DNA of 64,000 bases, from assembly GCA_018402235.1 (NCBI GenBank), contig JAGYJJ010000004.1, forward strand, positions 201,256 to 265,255, written 5' to 3'. The DNA is from Candidatus Nanopelagicales bacterium (lineage in GTDB: Bacteria > Actinomycetota > Actinomycetes > S36-B12). The translations under genes and the position numbers were made by a program. The stretch's first letter is position 1. Each line of letters starts with the position of its first letter. The notes under the pieces are model-generated. The model was not told the origin of the DNA, ran no database searches, and saw only the letters and a program-made list of their open reading frames with translations. Of this stretch, positions 1 through 9,768 are shown piece by piece.

Positions 1-402
1 TTCAGACTCGTACTGCGCGGCAACACCAGAGATCAGCCGTTGCTTCTCCGCCTCAGGAATTCCGAGTCTGTCGTAGGTGTTTTTGATGTCGTCGGGCAAC
101 TCATCCCAACTCGTCGCCTGCTTCTCGGTTGAACGCACGAAGTACTTGATGTTGTCGAAGTCGATACCAGAAAGATCCGAGCCCCAGGTGGGCATCGGCT
201 TTTTCCCGAACAGCCGCAGACCCTTCAGGCGAAGGTCCAGCATCCACTCTGGCTCGCTCTTCAGCGCAGAGATGTTTCGAACCACCTCTTCGTTGAGGCC
301 ACGACGGGCGGTAGCGCCGGCGTCGTGGGCGTCGTGCCAGCCGTACTCGTAATTGCCGAGCTCGGCGATCGTTGCAGCTTGCTCGTCGGCCGTGGTGCTC
401 AT
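1..402 (-). CDS. sufB: Fe-S cluster assembly protein SufB, N-terminal fragment (gene continues beyond left edge)
   Basis: Own reverse-strand translation from ATG (402-400): MSTTADEQAATIAELGNYEYGWHDAHDAG...WGSDLSGIDFDNIKYFVRS...YDRLGIPEAEKQRL, a typical actinobacterial SufB N-terminus. The ATG shares 1 nt with the sufR stop. Absent from the ORF track because there is no stop inside the window. Confidence 0.85.
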   Translation of the reverse strand, partial: MSTTADEQAATIAELGNYEYGWHDAHDAGATARRGLNEEVVRNISALKSEPEWMLDLRLKGLRLFGKKPMPTWGSDLSGIDFDNIKYFVRSTEKQATSWDELPDDIKNTYDRLGIPEAEKQRLISGVAAQYESE

Positions 403-1130
403 TAGCTCACCTTCTCTGGGATGGATGCGTGCTCTTTACTGGATGCGTGCTCTTTACCGGGTACCTGCGTGATGGTGGCGTTTCTAGAGTGTCCGTCCTG
501 GGAACTTGGAATGAGGGTGGTGCAAATGCCATCACCGTGAGCCAAGGTGGCAAGTTGCGTTACGTGGCGACCTAACACGGCGCCCAATGCTGCTGTTTCT
601 GCTTCACACAGTTCCGGGAATTCGCCGGCTGCTTCCACCACCGGGCAGTGGTGCATACACAGTTGGGCACCATCTCGCGACAACGGTTCCACCGAGGCAG
701 CGAAGCCCTCCACTGTGAGGTGCTCGGCGATGCTTGAAACGCTCACCGGTCCCTGGGTGGCCACAACCCCGGCAAGGATCCGGTCGGCTCGTTCGGCTGC
801 AAAAGCCGCCACCGCTTCTCGCCCCTCCCGCTTAGCCATGAATCGCAGGGCTTCCAATGCCAAGGTGTCGTAGGCCTGGTCGCATGCCGCACGACCGGCT
901 GCGGTGAGCGAGAAAACCTGACTGGGACGACCGCGACGAGGGTCCGGATCTGGACCGTAGGGCGCCCGATCGAGTGACTGGACCAAGCCAGCTTCCTGGA
1001 GTGTCCGAAGAGGCCGGCGCACACCTGCGGCGGATATTCCCAGGGTCCCGGCGATGGCCGCTGCTGTGGACGGCCCACGCTCAGCAAGGCAGCGCGCTAC
1101 CCGCTCAGCGGCTTCCGTCGGGAATTTCAT
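402..1130 (-). CDS. sufR: Winged-helix transcriptional regulator, SufR-type repressor of the suf operon
   Basis: ORF 402..1178(-). Likely start is ATG at 1130 (MKFPTEAAERVARCLAERGPSTAAAIAGTLGISAAGVRRPL = wHTH). Cys-containing C-terminal half (CMHHCPVVEAAGEFPELCEAE). Lies directly upstream of and overlaps sufB. Confidence 0.8.
   Translation of the reverse strand: MKFPTEAAERVARCLAERGPSTAAAIAGTLGISAAGVRRPLRTLQEAGLVQSLDRAPYGPDPDPRRGRPSQVFSLTAAGRAACDQAYDTLALEALRFMAKREGREAVAAFAAERADRILAGVVATQGPVSVSSIAEHLTVEGFAASVEPLSRDGAQLCMHHCPVVEAAGEFPELCEAETAALGAVLGRHVTQLATLAHGDGICTTLIPSSQDGHSRNATITQVPGKEHASSKEHASIPEKVS
423..458. repeat. 18-bp perfect/near-perfect tandem duplication (x2) inside the sufR 3' end
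   Basis: ggatgcgtgctctttact / ggatgcgtgctctttacc read directly. In frame, giving KEHASS-KEHASI in the SufR C-terminal tail. Confidence 0.9.
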
Positions 1131-1217
1131 AACACTATTGTGTCCTAATTCGCCGCGAGCGCAACCCCGGGGTCCCACCTACACTCACGCGGTGTGCGCT
1201 CGCCGTAGTCCGCGAGC

Positions 1218-1282
1218 GCGAACCTCCCCGCCCGAACCAGCGAACCTCCCCGCCCGAACCAGCGAACCTCCCCGCCCGGACA
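1218..1282 (+). repeat. Extragenic 22-bp tandem repeat, about 3 units (array a of the GCGAACCTCCCCGC family)
   Basis: gcgaacctccccgcccgaacca x2, then gcgaacctccccgcccggaca. Lies in the divergent intergenic region between sufR and the ABC ATPase gene. Confidence 0.9.
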
Positions 1283-1355
1283 GGGGCACGCGGTGACGCC
1301 TGAGCAGGAGCGGCAAAACCCCGCACAGCACTCGGTTGCCGCGGGCGGTGCGAAC

Positions 1356-2261
1356 ATGGATGCATTGCTGGTGGCCGAGGGGCTCAGCGTGCGTTATCCC
1401 GCAGGTGTCACGGCCCTCGATCAACTCAATCTGGTTATCCCCGACTCAGGTATCACCTGCCTCGTGGGGGCGAACGGGGCTGGGAAGACCACATTGTTGG
1501 AAACGGCCGCCGGCCTTCAGGCACCTTCGGCAGGCGCACTTCGGGTACGCGGACAGGTCCCGGGGTCGAAACAGAACCGGCTTCACATTGGGGTCATGCT
1601 GCAAGACGGCGGCATGCCGGGCAGTGTCCGCGCCCAAGAGTTCGTGTGCTACGTAGGCCGGATGTACCCCCACCCACGTGACCCGGTGGAACTGCTCAAG
1701 CAGGTCGAGATAGATCCGAACTCGCGCACACCGATTCGACGGCTGTCCGGAGGTGAGCAAAGACGAGTGGCGTGGGCCGCAGCAATGGTCGGAGATGCCA
1801 CGTCGCTGTTCCTTGATGAGCCGACGGCCGGACTGGATCCGGTGGGTCGCGAACGTCTGTATGAGGTGCTGCGAACCGAACGGGATCGCGGAGTCTCCAT
1901 GATCGTTTCAACCCACCTAATCGAAGACGTGGAATCCCTCGCAGACTTCATCGTCGTCCTACACGCGGGTCGAGTGGTGCTGACCGGAGAACCAGCGCAA
2001 CTTCGCCCCAGCAATGCACTACTGGTGCGAAGTGCGCGCGCGATGGACGAACAGGCCCTGCTCACGGCCCTGCCCCAGGGATCTGGCTGTTACCGCATCA
2101 CAGACGACGTCTACCGCGTGAATGTGCCAGCCGGTATCGATCCGTCAGTCATGGCAACTGTGTCCTCGTGGTGCAACCAGCATTCGGTGACCCCGGATGT
2201 AACGGTTGCGGACCTGAAGTCGGTTCTCTGGGGTGCGCTACGAGGTGAGCAGCAAACGTGA
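1356..2261 (+). CDS. ABC transporter ATP-binding protein
   Basis: ORF 1293..2261. ATG at 1356 (MDALLVAEGLSVRY). Walker A GANGAGKTT, signature LSGGEQRR, Walker B LFLDEPTAGLD. Conserved position between sufR and ctaA in Actinobacteria. Confidence 0.85.
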   Translation: MDALLVAEGLSVRYPAGVTALDQLNLVIPDSGITCLVGANGAGKTTLLETAAGLQAPSAGALRVRGQVPGSKQNRLHIGVMLQDGGMPGSVRAQEFVCYVGRMYPHPRDPVELLKQVEIDPNSRTPIRRLSGGEQRRVAWAAAMVGDATSLFLDEPTAGLDPVGRERLYEVLRTERDRGVSMIVSTHLIEDVESLADFIVVLHAGRVVLTGEPAQLRPSNALLVRSARAMDEQALLTALPQGSGCYRITDDVYRVNVPAGIDPSVMATVSSWCNQHSVTPDVTVADLKSVLWGALRGEQQT

Positions 2262-2965
2262 GTACCGTGCAAGGCAAATCCTGGACCGCGTTGGCGTTGG
2301 TGCATGCGCGCTGGACATTGCGCACCACATGGCGCAACGGAGAGCAAATTCTTCTGCTGATCGGAATTCCACTGGCGGCCTACTTGGCCATAACACGAAC
2401 GGAGTTGCTCACTACAGCAACACCTCCACTGATCATCACCACCGTGATGATCATCCTTGCCGCGGGGTTCACCTCCCCCGCAATCTCCCTGGGTTTTGAA
2501 CGACGGTACGGCTCCTTTGCCTTCCTCGGGACCACCCCGCTACCGCGGAGCGCCATCGTGGCTGGTTCTTTGATGGCAATCACCATCAGTGCGGTCCTTG
2601 CGCTCACAGTGCTCGTGCTGGTCGCCGTCGCTCTCGGACAGTTGATTTCCGGCGAGATCGTCGGGCTGATGATCGCGACCCTCTTCGGCTTGGGTTCAGT
2701 GGTCCCCTGGGCATTCGTTTTAGGCGGAATAGCACGATCGGAAACGGTTCTCGTCCTCGCCAACGGGGTCTTCGTCGTGGCGACGCTCTTCGGCGGCGTT
2801 CTCGTTCCTGCATCGTCGCTGCCTTACGGAGCACTCCTGTCGTGGCTGCCAACTGGCGCGATGGTGAACGTCGCGACGGACCCGAATCCGGGCAGCGTCT
2901 TCGTCCTAATCGCCTGGGGCGTTGCCGGCGCCCTCATCGCGGTCCGGTCGTTTCGGTGGCGCTAG
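2258..2965 (+). CDS. ABC-2 type transporter permease
   Basis: ORF 2258..2965, 235 aa, highly hydrophobic with multiple predicted TM stretches. GTG start overlaps the upstream stop (GTGA), consistent with coupling to the ATPase gene. Confidence 0.75.
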   Translation: MSTVQGKSWTALALVHARWTLRTTWRNGEQILLLIGIPLAAYLAITRTELLTTATPPLIITTVMIILAAGFTSPAISLGFERRYGSFAFLGTTPLPRSAIVAGSLMAITISAVLALTVLVLVAVALGQLISGEIVGLMIATLFGLGSVVPWAFVLGGIARSETVLVLANGVFVVATLFGGVLVPASSLPYGALLSWLPTGAMVNVATDPNPGSVFVLIAWGVAGALIAVRSFRWR

Positions 2966-2997
2966 CGCCTTCATCTAGACGGGTTACGCTGCATGAC

Positions 2998-3975
2998 GTG
3001 ACAGCGACCACCCAGGCCCCTTCCTCATTTGGCGGACACCTGCCCGCACGTGATCCAGGTGCGTCACCTCGCTGGGTCCGAGGCGTCTATATAGCCAACC
3101 TCGTTGTGCAATCAGGGATCATCCTGACCGGCGCAATCGTGCGGATCACTGGGAGTGGCTTGGGGTGCCCTACCTGGCCCGAATGCGTCGAAGGCTCCCT
3201 CGTGCCCACCTCAGCCCAAATGGAGTCGTGGCACAAGTACGTCGAATTCGGAAATCGGCTTTTGACCTTTGTGCTGGCTATCGCCGCTATTGCCGCCGTC
3301 GTTGCCGCCTTGGTCGACCGTAGGCGGCGTCGCCGCGTTGGGCTACCGCCGCGGCGGATACTCACGGTTCTTGCATTCATTCCCCTCATCGGGACCGCCG
3401 TTCAGGCCGTACTCGGCGGCATCACCGTTCTGACCGGGCTGAACCCCTTCACGGTCTCTGCCCACTTCCTCGTCTCGATCGCTCTCGTCGCGGTCTGCGT
3501 TGCCCTCGTGGTTCGTTCAGGTGAGTCGGGTGATCGTCCACTTACCTACCTGGTTCCCCGGCCACTGCGCTACCTCACCTGGGCGCTAGTTCTGGCAACC
3601 CTCGCGGTGGTGGTCTTGGGTGTGATCACAACCGGAAGTGGTCCACATTCGGGCGACCTCAACGTGAGCGTTCGATTCAACCTTGACTTGCGAACAATCG
3701 CATGGCTGCATGCCGACAGCGTCCTGCTTTTCATGGGTCTAACAATCGGTCTACTCGTTGCCGCACGCGTTGCTCATGCACCATCGGCACTCACGCGTCG
3801 AACGTTGGTGTTGCTCGCTATCGCTTTGGTACAGGGAGTTATCGGCTACACGCAGTACTTCACGGGGTTACCCGAGCTGCTTGTCACGATTCACGTATTT
3901 GGGGCAATCGCCGTGTGGGTCGCCGTGTTGTTCCTCCCGCCCACATTGCGAACACGTGGCCTGGAAACGTTATGA
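2998..3975 (+). CDS. ctaA: Heme A synthase (COX15/CtaA family)
   Basis: ORF 2842..3975. The upstream part overlaps the permease, so the in-frame GTG at 2998 is the likely start. Motif ITGSGLGCPTWPEC plus many TM segments. Synteny with ctaB. Confidence 0.8.
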   Translation: MTATTQAPSSFGGHLPARDPGASPRWVRGVYIANLVVQSGIILTGAIVRITGSGLGCPTWPECVEGSLVPTSAQMESWHKYVEFGNRLLTFVLAIAAIAAVVAALVDRRRRRRVGLPPRRILTVLAFIPLIGTAVQAVLGGITVLTGLNPFTVSAHFLVSIALVAVCVALVVRSGESGDRPLTYLVPRPLRYLTWALVLATLAVVVLGVITTGSGPHSGDLNVSVRFNLDLRTIAWLHADSVLLFMGLTIGLLVAARVAHAPSALTRRTLVLLAIALVQGVIGYTQYFTGLPELLVTIHVFGAIAVWVAVLFLPPTLRTRGLETL

Positions 3976-4008
3976 CCGTGAGATCGAATCCTTATCGCGT
4001 TAAGTGCG

Positions 4009-5037
4009 CTATACAACAAACGGGCTTACGCCTACGAGCAAGAAGATGATGGCTAAATAGCTGATAGAACCGTGGAATAGTTGCATTGATAAGCGCAGCG
4101 ACGGTGCCGAATAGTCGTCGGCTTCGTCCCGTCGAATGCTCCACCAGAGGCGGTAGGCCTGGGACAAAAATGCGACGCCCATGACACTCGCGCCGATTAC
4201 GTAGACCCAACCCACGGGCGCCACCAATACAAGTGACAGCGACGTCAGAACCATCAACCAGGAGTACACGACAATGTGGCGCGCAACACTGCGCGGCGTA
4301 CGGACAACCGGCAACATGGGAATATCAGCCGCCCGGTAATCGTCACGGTACTTAATTGCCAGCGGCCAATAGTGCGGCGGCGTCCACCAGAAGACGATCA
4401 TGAACAACACGACCGGCGCCCAACTGAGAGTGCCGGTCACGGCAGCCCAGGCAATCAAAACCGGCATGCAGCCAGCCGCACCACCCCACACGATGTTCTG
4501 ATCAGTGCGTCGCTTCAGCAGCATGGTGTATCCGACTGCGTACCCGACAATGGCGACAAGAGCCAACAACGCCGACAGCGGATTTGCCAGGACAGCCAGC
4601 ACCGTGATGCTCAGAGCACTCAGCACGAGACCTTGAATGAACCCGGCACGAAGGGACACACTGCCCAGAACCGCCGGGCGGTGTGTGGTGCGTTGCATAA
4701 CTGCGTCGATATCCCGGTCGTACAAACTATTGAAGGTGTTGGCAGCACCAGCAGCAAATGCTCCGCCTGCAAGCACGGCTACCGTCACCTGCCACGTCGG
4801 CAAACCCTCCGCCGCCAGGAACATCGTGGGCACCGCCGTTACGAGCAGCAGCTCGATGATGCGCGGCTTCGTCAAGGCGATATGCGCTCGAAGGGTGCGA
4901 AGGGAGGGACCCGTGGTCTGAGATGAGCCTGCGGTATCGGCGATTGCCACGCGGCTCTCCTTGGGGATGAGGGGTTCTGGGCGCTCGTATTGCCCGACAA
5001 ACCAACGACCTCCTGCAGCGTACAACGCGTTAGACAT
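4009..5037 (-). CDS. ctaB: Protoheme IX farnesyltransferase (heme O synthase)
   Basis: ORF 4009..5334(-). The first 99 codons overlap the divergent tkt, so ATG at 5037 (MSNALYAAGG) is the likely start. UbiA motif NTFNSLYDRDIDAVMQRT. Polytopic membrane protein. Confidence 0.85.
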   Translation of the reverse strand: MSNALYAAGGRWFVGQYERPEPLIPKESRVAIADTAGSSQTTGPSLRTLRAHIALTKPRIIELLLVTAVPTMFLAAEGLPTWQVTVAVLAGGAFAAGAANTFNSLYDRDIDAVMQRTTHRPAVLGSVSLRAGFIQGLVLSALSITVLAVLANPLSALLALVAIVGYAVGYTMLLKRRTDQNIVWGGAAGCMPVLIAWAAVTGTLSWAPVVLFMIVFWWTPPHYWPLAIKYRDDYRAADIPMLPVVRTPRSVARHIVVYSWLMVLTSLSLVLVAPVGWVYVIGASVMGVAFLSQAYRLWWSIRRDEADDYSAPSLRLSMQLFHGSISYLAIIFLLVGVSPFVV

Positions 5038-5073
5038 CCCGTCTGCCCTACCTAGGCCAATAGGCTGCTGGCC

Positions 5074-7162
5074 ATGTCCAAAGCCACGCGATTTCCGTCT
5101 CGAACTGCCGATGTAGGTGCGCCAACCTTTACTTGGACCGACGACGACGCTCGAGCGGTCACCTACCTTCGTGCGCTCGCCATGGATGCGGTCCAGGCGG
5201 TGGGAAACGGTCATCCCGGTACGGCCATGTCCCTCGCCCCGGTCGCCTACCTGCTCTTCCGAGATTTCGTCCGCCACGACCCACGCGACACCCGCTGGCT
5301 GGGCCGGGACCGATTCGTCATGAGTGCGGGGCACTCCAGCATGACTTTGTATAGCCAGCTGCTCCTGTCGGGGAACCTGGAGATGGACGATCTTCGGACT
5401 TTCCGCACGTGGGGCTCACGAACTCCGGGACACCCGGAATACGGACACACCGAGGGGGTGGAGACAACAACCGGACCTCTAGGTCAAGGCTTAGCGGTGG
5501 CGGTGGGAATGGCAATGGCGTCGCGCTACGACCGGGGCATGTTGGATCCCGACCGACCCCTGAGCATCGAAAGCCCGTTCGATCATCGCGTCTGGGTCAT
5601 CGCCTCTGATGGCGATCTCGAGGAGGGCATTTCCGCCGAAGCCTCGTCGTTGGCAGGCCGGCAGCAACTCGGCAACCTGTGTGTGATCTGGGACGACAAT
5701 CGCATTTCGATCGAAGGCGATACCGCCCTGGCCTTCACCGAGGATGTCGCGGCTCGATACCGCGCTTATGGCTGGAATGTGAGCGAAGTAGACATGCTTC
5801 CCTCGGGCAACGTAGACATTGAAGCGCTCGCGAGGGCTCTGCAGTCAGCCCAGGGCACCACCGACGCACCGACCTTCATCCGCTTGCGCACCACCATCGC
5901 CTGGCCAGCACCCACGGCCCAAGGCACCGCTAAATCCCACGGCGCCGCCTTGGGTGTGGACGAAGTCGCGGCAACCAAGCGGGAACTCGGCATCGACCCA
6001 GACGAACACTTCGCCTTCGATCCAGAACTACTGACAACGATCCGCACCGGGCGGCAGCGCACGGGCGCGCAGGCTAGGGCTAACTGGGATGACGCCTTTT
6101 CCTCATGGCAGACGGATAACCCCGAGGGGGCGGATCTCCTTAAGCGCCTAATCACGGGCCAACCTCCAGCAGAACTGACACAGCGTTCTCCCCCGCTACG
6201 AGCCGGGGACATCCGTGGCCACTCGCAAAGCGTCCGGCGAGACCATCAACGCCATCGCGGCAGTCATGCCCGAGTTGTGGGGTGGTTCGGCCGACCTGGC
6301 AGAGTCGAACAACACCAGCATTGCGGGCGCCAAGAGTTTCCTTCCCGAAGACACAGCAACCTCTTCGCCGTTCGGTCGCATTATTCACTTCGGTATTCGC
6401 GAACACGCCATGGGCGCAATTTTGAACGGCATCGCGCTCGATGGCCTGACACGCCCCTTCGGTGGCACGTTCTTAGTATTCAGCGACTACATGCGCGGCG
6501 CCGTTCGCCTTGCGGCACTCATGGACATCCCCAGCACCTTCGTGTGGACCCACGATTCCATCGGCTTAGGTGAAGACGGACCGACGCACCAGCCGATCGA
6601 ACACCTGTGGTCCCTCCGAGCGATTCCCGGTCTGGCCGTGTGCCGTCCCGCCGACGCGCGAGAGACCGTCGCGGCGTGGACAGCCATCGTGCAGCAACGG
6701 GGTCCGGTGGGGCTGATCCTCAGCAGGCAAAACCTGCCGGTCCTGGATGTCGATCACCAACGCGTTATGGACGGCGTGAAACGTGGCGGCTACCTGGTCC
6801 GATCCACGGACCAGCCGCAGGCGGTGATTATCGCCACCGGTTCTGAGGTGTCCTTGGCGCTTTCGGCGGCCGATCACCTCGCAAGCGCTGGCATATCTGT
6901 GAATGTCGTGAGCATGCCCTGCCTGGAATGGTTCACAGCTCAAGATCAGGCCTACCAAGATGCGGTCCTTGATCCAGCTATCTCGGCGCGCGTGGCTGTC
7001 GAGGCTGGATCAACTCTCGGCTGGCACCGATTCGTAGGCGATCGCGGCGAAGTCCTGGGTCTGGATCACTTCGGAGCTAGTGCAGATGGCCCACGCTTGT
7101 TCGCCGAATTCAACTTGACCACCGAAGCCGTCGCCAACGCGGTGCGGCGGGTTATGGCATGA
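5074..7162 (+). pseudogene. tkt: Transketolase, interrupted by a +1 frameshift near 6179-6194 as sequenced
   Basis: ORF 5074..6573 is transketolase-like up to ...LITGQPPAELT (GHPGTAMSLAP, SDGDLEEG), then nonsense. ORF 6215..7162 in the +1 frame resumes with LPRYEPGTSVATRKASGE...THDSIGLGEDGPTHQPIEHL. Together they make one full-length Tkt. Confidence 0.9.
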
Positions 7163-8277
7163 CGCCCCTGGTGCTGAGTGAACTCACAGCAGGAGGGGTG
7201 AGCCTGTGGCTCGATGACCTGGATCGTTCGCGCCTGGTCGCGAGCAGCGGCGAGCGTAGTTTGCTGCACCTCATGCACCAGCGCGCTATCCGCGGCGTCA
7301 CGACTAATCCGACCATCTTTGATCGTGCTGTGGGTTCAGGGTCGCAGAAGTACGTCGATCAACTTCGCGACTTGGGCCGTGCCGGTATGAGTGTCGACGA
7401 CGCCATCCGGGCGGTGACCACCGACGACGTCAGAGACGCGTGCGATGTCCTCATGCCGGTCTGGGAGTCCAGTGGTGGTCTTGATGGGCGGGTATCTATC
7501 GAGGTTGACCCTCGACTTGCGCACGAAACCGATGCCACTGTTGATCAGGCGCGCGCACTGTGGGACACGGTTGGGCGTGCCAACGCAATGATCAAGATCC
7601 CCGCCACCGCTGCTGGCCTACCTGCTATCTCACGGACACTGGCCCAGGGCATCAGCGTGAATGTGACATTGATCTTCTCGGGGGACAGATACCGCGAAGT
7701 CAGGCAAGCACACGTCGAAGGTCTTCGGCTCGCGGCTGCCGCGGGCATCGACCTGTCAGGAATTGAATCGGTTGCCTCCTTCTTCGTCAGTCGCGTGGAT
7801 ACCGCGATCGATGCGATGCTCGACGCACAGGACGATCAAGCGCTCAGACCACTTCGGGGCAGGGCAGCAATCGCAAACGCCCAACTCGCGTGGGCTGCCT
7901 ACGAAGACCACACAGCCTCCGATGAATGGCGCCAACTAGCCGCGATGGGCGCACGTCCCCAGCGCCCGCTGTGGGCAAGCACCGGTGTGAAGGATCCGAG
8001 TTACGACCCCACGAGGTACGTGGTGGGGCTCGCAGCGCCAGGCTGCGTCAATACGGTGCCTGAAGCAACCTTGCAGGCAGTTGCGGAGACTGGGTCGTAT
8101 CTGGGCGACACCATGTCCGGCCGCGCCAGCGAGGCTGCGGATGTGATGCAAAAGTTGGAAAGCGCGGGGATCGACGTTGCGGCCGTCTGCCAAGGACTAG
8201 AGGTGGCCGGTGTGGATTCTTTCGTGGACAGTTGGCAGACGCTGCGGTCCTCAGTGGAGACGAGCCTCAACGCCTAA
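7159..8277 (+). CDS. tal: Transaldolase (long actinobacterial type)
   Basis: ORF 7159..8277, 372 aa. Motifs RGVTTNPTIF and MIKIPAT. ATGA overlap with the tkt stop. Confidence 0.9.
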   Translation: MTPLVLSELTAGGVSLWLDDLDRSRLVASSGERSLLHLMHQRAIRGVTTNPTIFDRAVGSGSQKYVDQLRDLGRAGMSVDDAIRAVTTDDVRDACDVLMPVWESSGGLDGRVSIEVDPRLAHETDATVDQARALWDTVGRANAMIKIPATAAGLPAISRTLAQGISVNVTLIFSGDRYREVRQAHVEGLRLAAAAGIDLSGIESVASFFVSRVDTAIDAMLDAQDDQALRPLRGRAAIANAQLAWAAYEDHTASDEWRQLAAMGARPQRPLWASTGVKDPSYDPTRYVVGLAAPGCVNTVPEATLQAVAETGSYLGDTMSGRASEAADVMQKLESAGIDVAAVCQGLEVAGVDSFVDSWQTLRSSVETSLNA

Positions 8278-8304
8278 ACGCCTAAACGCTATAAGCGGTG
8301 ACGT

Positions 8305-8637
8305 CTACTTTCCGTGAAGACGATCAAGCGCCTCTTGCAAGATGGCAGCACCGTCTTTGTCGGATCGGCGCTCCTTCACATATGCCAGATGAGTTTTATA
8401 CGGCTCGATCTTGGGCGGTGCCGGAGGATTGTCTTGATCTTGTCCCGCCGGGAGTCCGCATCGAGGACAGTCCCATTCTTCGGGAATCTCAGCGTCGGTA
8501 GCAAAGCTGGGCCGGGACTCATGCTTATTCGAGCACCAGAAGGAAACATGAATGCGCGGAGCCGCTTCACCACGTTCCGCCTCGCCCATGGGACCCGATC
8601 CAACGCGGCTTCCCTTGATCGCACTGCCACCTGCCAT
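8305..8637 (-). CDS. rbpA: RNA polymerase-binding protein RbpA
   Basis: ORF 8305..8637(-), 110 aa. RIHVSFWCSNKHESRPSF...WDCPRCG...KTHLAYVKERR is the characteristic RbpA sequence. Confidence 0.85.
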   Translation of the reverse strand: MAGGSAIKGSRVGSGPMGEAERGEAAPRIHVSFWCSNKHESRPSFATDAEIPEEWDCPRCGLPAGQDQDNPPAPPKIEPYKTHLAYVKERRSDKDGAAILQEALDRLHGK

Positions 8638-8708
8638 GTGATGTCCTTCCTAGATGCTGTGATCGCTCGCACAAGCCTTGCGAAATACGTCACGTCCCGC
8701 AGACGTGA

Positions 8709-8951
8709 CTACGTGCTAATGATCAATCCCACGGCAACGATGCTCGCCGCCCACACTAAACCGATACCCACGGTAAGCCGATCCAAGTTCTTTTCCGCAA
8801 CGGATGAGCCACCGATCGATGACGAAACCCCGCCACCGAACAAATCGGACAAGCCGCCCCCTTTGCCGCGGTGCAAAAGGATCAACACCACCAGCAGTGC
8901 GCTGGTGATGACCAGGAGTACGGCCAAGACGATGGTGAGGACTGTGATCAT
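8709..8951 (-). CDS. secG: Preprotein translocase subunit SecG
   Basis: ORF 8709..9050(-). ATG at 8951 (MITVLTIVLAVLLVITSALLVVLILLHRGKGGGLSDLFGGG). Located downstream of tpiA as in other Actinobacteria. Confidence 0.85.
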   Translation of the reverse strand: MITVLTIVLAVLLVITSALLVVLILLHRGKGGGLSDLFGGGVSSSIGGSSVAEKNLDRLTVGIGLVWAASIVAVGLIIST

Positions 8952-8976
8952 GAGGGAACCAACGATACCCCGGGCC

Positions 8977-9768
8977 TCAGGCAGCCACGTCGGGGTGCAG
9001 CCGGTAGCGAACGACGCCGATGAACTCGTCGGCATCCAGGCTGGCGCCACCGACCAAACACCCGTCGACGTCGGGCTGATTCATGATTCCCGCGACGTTC
9101 GTGGCCTTCACAGAACCTCCGTACAAAATTCGAACAGACTGCGCAGTTGATGCTCCATGGCGTTCGGCGATATCCGTACGAATGGCAGTACACACCTCCT
9201 GGGCGTCTTCGCCGGTGGCCACCTCCCCAGTGCCGATCGCCCAGACCGGCTCATAGGCGATGACCAACCCCGCTACCTGCTCATCGGAGATATTTTCGAG
9301 CGAACCGCGCAGTTGCTCGAGGACATGGGCGACGTGCTCGCCTGATTGGCGGACCTCTAAACCCTCGCCAACACAGACAATCGGAACAAGTTCATGGGCG
9401 ATCGCCGCCGCCGCCTTAGCGGCTACAACGGCGTCGGTCTCGGCGTGGTACTGACGCCGCTCGCTGTGTCCGACCGCAACGTAGGTGCAGCCAAGTTTGG
9501 CCAACATAGCTCCAGAGACTTCGCCGGTGTAAGCGCCGGACGCGTGGATGGAAATGTCCTGTGCGCCGTAGGCGATGTCGTAGTGATCGCCCTCGATCAG
9601 AGTCTGCACGCTCCGAATATCGGTGAAGGGCGTCAGTACTGCCACCTCAACCGCTTCGAGGTCCTGCTCGTTCAGCGCGAACGCCAATTTCTGAACAAGA
9701 GCGATTGCCTCAAAGTGGTTCAAGTTCATCTTCCAGTTGCCAGCCATCAGTGGCTTACGATCACTCAC
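8977..9768 (-). CDS. tpiA: Triose-phosphate isomerase
   Basis: ORF 8977..9768(-), 263 aa. Motifs [25 protein letters not shown]. Confidence 0.95.
   Translation of the reverse strand: MSDRKPLMAGNWKMNLNHFEAIALVQKLAFALNEQDLEAVEVAVLTPFTDIRSVQTLIEGDHYDIAYGAQDISIHASGAYTGEVSGAMLAKLGCTYVAVGHSERRQYHAETDAVVAAKAAAAIAHELVPIVCVGEGLEVRQSGEHVAHVLEQLRGSLENISDEQVAGLVIAYEPVWAIGTGEVATGEDAQEVCTAIRTDIAERHGASTAQSVRILYGGSVKATNVAGIMNQPDVDGCLVGGASLDADEFIGVVRYRLHPDVAA

Noticed and set aside
5038-5334. 99-codon 5' extension of the ctaB ORF
   Set aside because: It overlaps the divergently transcribed tkt coding region. The hydrophobic CtaB core and a plausible N-terminus begin after the ATG at 5037.
8314-9150. 278-aa ORF on the + strand spanning rbpA, secG and the tpiA 3' end
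   Set aside because: It runs antisense across three independently supported genes and an intergenic gap, and has no motif support.
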